From assembly GCA_951406725.2 (NCBI GenBank), contig OX597834.1, forward strand, positions 36,766,001 to 36,830,000: 64,000 bases of DNA. The letters are read 5' to 3'. The notes under the pieces were generated by a model that searched no databases, was not told the DNA's origin, and worked only from the letters and a program-made list of their open reading frames with translations. Shown here piece by piece: positions 54,855 to 64,000 of the stretch. The stretch is from Octopus vulgaris. Lineage: Eukaryota. Made by a program: the position numbers and the translations under genes. Position 1 is the stretch's first letter; the number at the start of each line of letters is the position of its first letter.

Positions 54855-54856
<2 letters not shown>
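54566..54856 (+). mobile_element. SINE family B, 5'-truncated dimeric form
   Basis: GTATTTCGTCTGCTG.TACGTTCTGAGTTCAAATTCCGCC occurs twice around the linker; ends GGCCTTGTGCTTAGAGTAGAAA. Confidence 0.85.
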
Positions 54857-54914
<58 letters not shown>

Positions 54915-55419
54915 ATATGTATAATGCTTATATATGTGTTGTGTATGTCTGAGAGTTTACATACAAAACACACACACAGATGTATATACCTTGAATGCAT
55001 GTTTGCTTATGCATAACAACGTAAGCACGAAAACCTGAGATCTCACATCTCTTTAATGTGTATCACTGTATATTCGCGCGTGTAAACCTAAGTACGAATA
55101 TTATTATTCACATTCTTTTTCTTGCTCTTGAAGTTATTTTGGGAAGTGATTTTCTTATATGCTCTTTGTCTTCGCATTTTTGCTTCATATTTCCTCCCCA
55201 TCCTGTATTTCTCTCATCTGAGTAAGAAGGCCAAAAGGCCAGAACTTTTACGTACCTTTACAATGTAATGAGTACGGATTTTTCTTAGGCATTGCAGTAT
55301 TTTTTTAATATCAAACTCTACGGGATTGCGAAGTCAATGAAGAGTTCTTTCTAGTGTATAACAGTACCGTGGCATTATGTTCGAAAGACAGGACGAATCG
55401 AAATAAATAAAACTCAAAT

Positions 55420-55636
55420 ATTGGCTTCAGAATTTGGTACGAGGTTTGCACTTTCGGGGAAGAGGTAAAGTCAATTACATCGACCCCTGTGTTCAACTGT
55501 TACCTTATTTTATCGACTCTGAAAGGATGAAAAGCAAAATCGACCTCTGCAGAATTTGAACGTTGAACGTACGTATGGACGAAATGCCGCTAATCAATTT
55601 ATCCGGTGTGCTCACGATTCTGTTATCACACCACTT
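55420..55636 (-). mobile_element. SINE family B, diverged
   Basis: TTACATCGACCC...GAAAGGATGAAAAGCAAAATCGACCTC...GGACGAAATGCCGCTAA. Confidence 0.75.
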
Positions 55637-55737
55637 TAAATAAAGCTCAAATATTATATGATATACCTGCCTACTCTAAACCAGTCCCACACTATTTGGG
55701 AAGGAAAAACACAAGGGCATTGTATAAGACGTGGATT

Positions 55738-55996
55738 CATTACTCAGAAATTAAGCACTGGCTCAAAATATTTAGCACTATGTAGTGGCACATATTACTC
55801 AGCACTAAAACCCGGCCATATTGCTCATTACTAAACGCAATCATTAGTAAGCACAGGCTTTCATTACTCGCCACTGGTCCATATTACTCACCTCTGAGCA
55901 CTGACCTTTATTACTCAGCAGTAAGCACTGACTTTTATTGCCTAGCACTATGTGCTGGCACACAGTACTCAGCATTAAACACTGGCCCCTATTGAT
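55738..55996. repeat. Degenerate ~27-bp minisatellite (consensus approx. ATTACTCAGCACTAAGCACTGGCCC)
   Basis: ATTACTCA(G) and GCACTG/CACTGG recur with ~27-bp periodicity for roughly 8-10 units. Confidence 0.75.
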
Positions 55997-56085
55997 CAAC
56001 GGATGTAGATCAATGTGTGTCATTGCTGGGTTCTCGTTTAACCTTCGGTGATTGGGGAAGATCACCACAGATATACAAATATTCA

Positions 56086-56537
56086 AAGGCGGCGAGCTGG
56101 CAGAAACGTTAACACGCCGGGCGAAATGCTTAGCGGTATTTCGTCGTGCCGCTACATTCTGAGTTCAAATTCCGCCGAGGTCGATTTTGCCTTTCATCCC
56201 TTTGGGGTCGATTAAATAAGTACTAGTTACGCATTGGGGTCGATATAATCGAGTTAATCCGTTTGTCTGTCCTTGTTTGTCCTCTCTGTGTTTAGCCCCT
56301 TATGGGTAGTAAAGAAATAGGTATTTCGTCTGCCGCTATGTTCTGAGTTCAAATTCCGCCGAGGTCGACTTCATCATTCATCCTTTCGGGGGTCGATTAA
56401 ATAAGTACCAGTTACGTACTGATGTCGATGTAATCGACTTTTCACAATCGCTAGCACGGTCGCCCGTTGCTCCGCCGCCCTAACGTGCCCGAAATCGACT
56501 TTTCACAATTTCAGGCCTTCAGCCTATAGTACATAAG
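56086..56537 (+). mobile_element. SINE family B, full dimeric form (reference copy) followed by a ~300-bp (ATT)n tail
   Basis: AAGGCGGCGAGCTGGCAGAAACG head, GAGTTCAAATTCC B-box, core, linker, second B-box and core, TTCAGGCCTT...TAGTA tail, then (ATT)n to ~56843. Confidence 0.9.
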
Positions 56538-56659
<122 letters not shown>

Positions 56660-56715
56660 CATCATTATTATTATTATTATCATTATTATTATTATTATTA
56701 TGACTATTATTATTA

Positions 56716-56788
<73 letters not shown>

Positions 56789-57266
56789 TATTATTATCAT
56801 CATTATTATTATTATCATTATTATTATTATTATTATTATTATTACTAAACATTAATGCCAAGTGAAAGTGGTTATGCGTCGGTTTGCATTTGAGTTTGAA
56901 ACTAGGTAAAGCGACCGAACCGCCGGTGGCAGTGAAGTGTTTCAAAAGATATCAGAAACTCAGGAGAGATTAGTTAAGTGGAAGACAACTGAAAGCAACT
57001 GCGGGAAAGTAAACAAATCAGATGAAACCGGCACCAGTTTACATGTATATTTACGTATGTGTGTGTGTGTGTGTGTGTGTATGTGTAAGTGTGTCTGTGT
57101 GTGTGACTGAGAACGTATTTATGTATGAATACACACAAAGACATGCATATATATATATATATAGATATAGATATATGTATATATATATATATATATATAT
57201 AGACATATGAAAATGTATATATATATATATATATGAAAGTCTACATATATCTCTCTCTCCCTACAT

Positions 57267-57322
<56 letters not shown>

Positions 57323-57323
57323 G

Positions 57324-57396
<73 letters not shown>

Positions 57397-57401
57397 GAGG
57401 G

Positions 57402-57484
57402 CAGCTGCATCGAACTCTCTGATGCACCAGATGGCATTTGCTAAAAAGCATTTGTGAAGTAAAATCATGTAGCAACACCAAATG
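57402..57484. promoter_or_regulatory. Candidate intronic E-box cluster (5 CANNTG in 83 bp)
   Basis: CAGCTG 57402, CAGATG 57428, CATTTG 57435, CATTTG 57449 and CAAATG 57479, in a small unique island between AT arrays. Confidence 0.3.
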
Positions 57485-57814
57485 GTGAAACTAAATAAAA
57501 AAAAAAAATATATATATATATATGTGTATATATTTATATATATAAGCATATGTTAGTATATATTCACACACACACCCATACGCACGCACACACACACACA
57601 CGCGCGTACACACATGCATATACATATATGTATGCCAGCGTGTATGTAAGTCTGTGTTTCGATAAACACTTTTTTCACGTATACGACTGTAGACTTAGAC
57701 ATCTTTTGTAAGACTGAACGGTTTTTGTGCAGATAACCGAGATCGCCTGATCGGATGTTCTCTCTTCACGCACGCACGCAGACACACACACAGACACACG
57801 CACACACACACATG

Positions 57815-57886
<72 letters not shown>

Positions 57887-58162
57887 ATTCATATATATAG
57901 ATGTATATATATATATGTATATATATATGAATGTATGTGTATATATATATATATATACACACATACATATATATACAAATATATATACATACATACATAC
58001 ACACACACACACATATTTTCATAAAACTTCCCGTTATATATATATATATATATATATAAAGCTAAAAATATTAAAATTCCTCCATTTATGCAATTTATTA
58101 AAGTGAAAGAATACACAAATATATGTGTTATATATATTATATGATATTATATTACACACACT

Positions 58163-58196
<34 letters not shown>

Positions 58197-58308
58197 CGTA
58201 TATATACATATATATATACATATATATATGTCTTTATATATATAGAAAGATACAAATATATACACTTGTTCAGAACCTGTCTTGGTCTTCTGTTTTTTTA
58301 TAAATTTC

Positions 58309-58378
<70 letters not shown>

Positions 58379-58421
58379 GTATATGTTCATATATATTTGT
58401 GTATATGTATACGTTTAATGC

Positions 58422-58454
<33 letters not shown>

Positions 58455-58618
58455 TATATTTAAGCACGCACATACATTTATATATGTATATATATATATA
58501 CATATATATATATATGTGTATATACGAGTATATATATATATACATAAGTTCAGATATATTTGTACGAATATGTATATACATGTACAAGTGTGTATATACA
58601 AGTGTGTATATACATATA

Positions 58619-58678
<60 letters not shown>

Positions 58679-59254
58679 TATATACATGTTTATATATGTA
58701 TATTATATATTCTTCTTTCGCCCATGGCATATGCCAGCATATATATGGCTATGCTTAAATGCAGGCGCATTTGTATGCACTGATGTATTTCTATTTAAGT
58801 AGATGTGAATATGTGAATGCATTAATTTTCATTGAACGTACTGAAGAACCAACAAACTGTGCATTCCGTAAAGTTTCTTGAACGCAAAATTTCATAAAAT
58901 ATACAGAGTATTGTCTGTACATGGAAAGCTGAAATATGTGTGTGTATGTACTAGAATCATATATGCACATCTGAAGGTGTGAATATATGTGAATATATGT
59001 GTTTATATATGTAAAAAGCAAGGAGATCCTTGTTATTTATTCATTTTTTATTCACCAAAATTCGAGCTGTGCAGACCATACCGGACTGATTTGGTGCCTC
59101 AACTTAAGTACATAATTTAACTAAATCTTAAATTATATATGTATGTATGCATATATGTATATACGTATGTATATGTGTATATATAAATGTATATATATAT
59201 ATATGCTCATGCCTATATATATTATATATATATTTGTTTATATATACACACACA

Positions 59255-59324
<70 letters not shown>

Positions 59325-59371
59325 CATATATATCTTAATATGTTTATACATACGAATATTTGTAAATATTC

Positions 59372-59417
<46 letters not shown>

Positions 59418-59588
59418 ATATCTATATATATATATATACACGTACATACGTACGTACGTACGTACAGACATATACAAATACACACATACTCACACTAAGT
59501 GTCACACAGTCATGTATCTTTTACTTTAACTTTTTTCAGTCGATCAATTTCTTTTTGTACTCCTGGACTTATACATTCGGTCCATTTT

Positions 59589-59669
<81 letters not shown>

Positions 59670-59683
59670 CATATATGTATATA

Positions 59684-59739
<56 letters not shown>

Positions 59740-59789
59740 CTATTTATATATATGATATATGTATATGCGCATATATGTATATATATACA

Positions 59790-59831
<42 letters not shown>

Positions 59832-59858
59832 ATATATGGCATGTGAATATTTCTTCTG

Positions 59859-59898
<40 letters not shown>

Positions 59899-59924
59899 GA
59901 GAAAGAAGCAACAAGAATGGATTA

Positions 59925-59979
<55 letters not shown>

Positions 59980-59983
<4 letters not shown>

Positions 59984-60288
59984 CTTTCACTTTCTGTCAA
60001 CCATATCCACGGGCAATGGTAGAAGACACTAGCCCAAGTTGCCACGTATTGAGACTGAAACTGGAACCATGTGGTTCAAATACAAACTTTTGTACCACAC
60101 AGTGACGCTTTCACCTATATGCTTACAATATATCACTGATATTTAAATCATAATGATCCACTACATTTGGCAAATGGATACCTGAGGACTCCAATGGTCA
60201 AATGAATCCATAAGTTGCGTAAGGACAGAACAATTATAGACATTTTTCGTCACCATGATCACTACTCATTAAGCGGCTTTGTACTCGG

Positions 60289-60336
<48 letters not shown>

Positions 60337-60500
60337 CCATGCTGGGGCACCGCTTTGAATAATTTTTAGTCGAATGTATCGACCCCAGTACTTAATTGTT
60401 ATAGGCTTGGTACGTATTCCATCGGTTTCTGATGCCGAGCCGCACGGGTCGTCAAGCGGTGGTGGAGAGCCGAACACAGACATAAAGACACACATGCACA
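59980..60500 (-). mobile_element. Two SINE family A fragments (5' half 59980-60116; 3' half 60335-60500)
   Basis: GTAGAAGACACTAGCCCAAG...GGAACCATGTGGTT and CCATGCTGGGGCACCGC...ATCGACCCCAGTACTT. Confidence 0.7.
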
Positions 60501-60524
60501 AACATATATATATATATATATATA

Positions 60525-60734
60525 GTTAATCCAAACAAGAAAGCACAAAAAAACACAACAACGCGAGGACGTGGAACAAATATAGTATTATTGGACGCTC
60601 AGGAAAGAAGGAAAGTAGGAGGGTTTAACGTTTCGAGCGGAGCTCTTCGTCGGAAACATAGGAGAAGGAAAGATCCAGAGAAGGGAAGACGGAGGAAAAA
60701 AAACGCCAACGGTATACACGCGGTCACATTTTGA

Positions 60735-60735
<1 letters not shown>
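60525..60735 (-). mobile_element. Putative Penelope-like element terminal fragment carrying a hammerhead-like motif
   Basis: Minus strand GTTT-CCGACGAA-GAGC-TCC-GCTC-GAAA-CG-TT-AAAC at 60623-60657, within a ~210-bp unique insert bounded by AT arrays. Confidence 0.55.
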
Positions 60736-60779
<44 letters not shown>

Positions 60780-60787
60780 CGCACGAT

Positions 60788-60918
60788 AAGCTTCTTTCAG
60801 TTTCCATCTGCCAAAACTAGCGGAAGTCTTTCGTCTGCCCGAGGCTATAGTAGAAGACACTTGCCCAAGGTGCCCACACAGTAGGACTGAACCCCGAACC
60901 ATGTGGTCGGGAAGCAAG
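60788..60918 (-). mobile_element. SINE family A, 5' half
   Basis: GCTTCTTTCAGTTTCC...GAGGCTATAGTAGAAGACACTTGCCCAAGGTG...GGACTGAACCCCGAACCATGTGG. Confidence 0.8.
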
Positions 60919-60957
60919 TATGTGTGTGTGCATGTGTGTGTGTGTGTGTCCGAGTAT

Positions 60958-60995
<38 letters not shown>

Positions 60996-61297
60996 ATATA
61001 TATGCATGCATACATACATAAATGTATACACATACCCACACACACACACATGTGTACGTATATATAACTGTACGTGTTTATGTATCCTTTTCCTGTGTTG
61101 ACATAGGTTACAAATTACATCATCGTGTTATGTGTGTATATATATATATGTGTGTGTGTGTGAAAAATATATATATTATGCTGTGTGAATACGACTTCTC
61201 TGAAGCTGTCCACCAGATGTCCCTAACTTCGTAGCAAGCCGCTGTCACACACCACCGGTGACAATACCAACACCAGCAGTAATGACAAAACAGCAAT

Positions 61298-61352
<55 letters not shown>

Positions 61353-61468
61353 GCAACAACAACAACAACAGCCACAGAAGATAAAAAATAGCAATATTAA
61401 AATGAGGTATCTTACCAGTGCAAGCGAAAATTACAATTTAAATAGATTTCTTTCATAAATTTACAAAG

Positions 61469-61503
<35 letters not shown>

Positions 61504-61652
61504 CTATGTATGTATTCTGTGTATGTACGCGTGTATTATGAGAATGCCTAAGTGTGTGGGCGTGCATGTGTTTATATATAAATATGCGCATAAATATATA
61601 CATACATACACACACATATATATATTACACATGCATGTATATATAATAAATG

Positions 61653-61725
<73 letters not shown>

Positions 61726-61734
61726 GTATGTATT

Positions 61735-61782
<48 letters not shown>

Positions 61783-62182
61783 TAGATACATATGTATGTA
61801 TATACATATATATGCATATATACATATGTATGGTCCTTGTATTCTATAATAACTCAATATGACGGAATTTTTAGCAATCCACGCTTTTTATAATCTTCGC
61901 CAATCATTTCTGATAATGTCTATCGCTCTCATTGAATTTTGTGAACAGTTAAGCATTTAAACATGTTTTCTACTAAGCAAATTTTAAATTCTGTTAAAAT
62001 TCCGTTGTTTTATACAGGTTTATATCGTTGTTAAAGAAAAAAATTAATTGTTAAAACTAGTTCGGTATGTATGTAAATAAATTCATTGAAAAACAGCTAA
62101 CTACAAGTTTTTCAAATTCAGGTGCATTTTCAAAAATACTTCCTCGTATATTTTTTCCTGCGTGAAAATACACCCCTTATTT

Positions 62183-62241
<59 letters not shown>

Positions 62242-62357
62242 TACACACGCACACACACATATATATACATATATAAATACATATATATATATACATATAT
62301 ATTTTATATATATGTATATATATGTATGCATCTATATATGTGTATGCATATATATAT

Positions 62358-62420
<63 letters not shown>

Positions 62421-63344
62421 AATATATGTATAATATCATAGATAATATGTATTTCGTTTTCTATGTTTTTGTTTTTATGTTTTCGTTTTTCATGTGTTCA
62501 ACGTTTTTTGATGTCCTGTACCCATATATGCATGTATATATACATATATATATGCATGTATATATATACATATATATGTAGGTATGTACATATATGTAAG
62601 TATATATGCATATATTTATATATTAGTTATATCATTATATGCATACATACACACATATACATATATACATATCATAGATAATATGTATATATATGTGTAT
62701 AGATATATCATATATAATATATGTATAATGTATATATGTATAATATATATATACATATATATATATTGTGTTTATCTTCGCGTGTATCTATTTGTACGGC
62801 TATATACAGATGTAAGTGCGCTGCGAGAATATATGTATTTCTGAGTGTATGTATGTATTTATCTATTTATCTATTTATCTATGTATGTATTTATCTATTT
62901 TTGACTTCTCTTAATGTATTTCAAGACATGCACAGTTGTAAATACTTGGCAGTGCATCACAACAATACCTAACCTTATATTTGTTGAAATTTCACCTCTC
63001 AGCTAGAACAGTGACCTCCACTTTGTTTATAAATTCTTTCAAACAATACTAATATGTTTTGCTGTTTGAAACAGTAAAGATCCAAGCATTTGCAAACAGT
63101 TTCACTAAACTTATCTCTTCAGAATCTAGATGCAGCTCTGAAAGTTGTGTCGTGATCGAAACTCCGTAACTTTCAGTACTGGCTCAAAGTTCTTTAGAAT
63201 ATCTGTAGAGATAACTTAACCGCGATTGGATGATACTGCGAATGCAAAACCGTAGGAAAAGTGTCGACTTATAAACCTTTCATAATACTTGGTAGTACAA
63301 GGTATCCCTAAAGTCTGAACACATAGGAAATCTCATTAACTATA

Positions 63345-63540
63345 TTTTATTAACCACGTGCGCGTAAGCTATGCAGGGTTATTGTAGTCGGTCGTCTTCG
63401 TCTGCTTGTCTGTGTTTTTGCAAAATTACTGAAAAACGGCTGAATAGACTTTCACCAAATTTGGCAGAAATACTCACTGGATGAGTGACTCAACAAACTC
63501 ATTAAAGTTTGGGTTGATTATATTCAGAACTGGCAGACAT
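63345..63540 (+). mobile_element. HINE/DINE-1-like (Helentron-associated) non-autonomous element fragment
   Basis: T-rich start TTTTATTAACC..., GGGTTATTGT, a GTCT-type microsatellite remnant, then AAAAACGGCTGAATAGACTTTCACCAAATTTGG, resembling the HINE core motif (recalled, not searched). Confidence 0.5.
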
Positions 63541-63682
63541 GTGAATCAAAATGTCTTTTTTCTTTGTTACGAAAAACGATAAGCTGGGGAAATAGCGCTT
63601 GATGACATTTTGTTGAAATATGAATTCGTCTGAGAATATATTTATCAAAATAAATTAGCTCTGTTTATAATTATACTATATG

Positions 63683-63738
<56 letters not shown>

Positions 63739-64000
63739 GTATGTATACATATATATATAAGCATACATACACGCACATCTACATTTACTTTGATCACCTG
63801 TATTTCTTAATTAACTACGTCTGCATAGGTTTTTCTCGGTGGGTGTGTTAAGTGGCTAACATGTTTGTGTGTGCAATATACGTAGACGCGTGTATGCCCT
63901 CGTACGCTATGTATGTGTATGCTTGTGTGCGTGTATGTATGTAAGTTATTTCGTTTTTAGCTGTGTGTGTTGTGTGTGTGCGCGCGCATTGATAACGGCT

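Noticed and set aside
55738-55996. CRISPR-like array
   Set aside because: Eukaryotic context, degenerate contiguous units, no unique spacers and no cas genes.

Overview
Eukaryotic, AT-rich genomic DNA saturated with microsatellites and SINEs. It is most likely from an octopus (inferred from the tRNA-derived SINE families and repeat landscape; not verified). Only one protein-coding feature is supportable: the 2,016-bp first coding exon (30047-32062, +) of a MyoD-family myogenic bHLH gene. It has an intact His/Cys motif, CLLWACKAC, myogenic code and HLH, a very long homopolymer-rich N-terminus, and a phase-0 GTGAGT donor at a position equivalent to vertebrate MyoD intron 1. I could not recognise any downstream exon (no helix III motif), so the remaining ~32 kb is probably intron. 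Almost all other listed ORFs are translated microsatellites. The rest comprises three tRNA-derived SINE families (labelled A, B, C here), a non-autonomous Helitron, a HINE/DINE-like fragment, an R4/Dong-like LINE end and Penelope-like remnants. The most interesting observations are hammerhead-ribozyme-like motifs (one inside a long hairpin), a head-to-head SINE inverted repeat, a chimeric SINE, a SINE insertion with its empty site preserved next door, and candidate MEF2/paired-homeodomain/E-box regulatory modules around MyoD. I found no convincing wholly new multi-gene system. Repeat boundaries were read by eye and are approximate.
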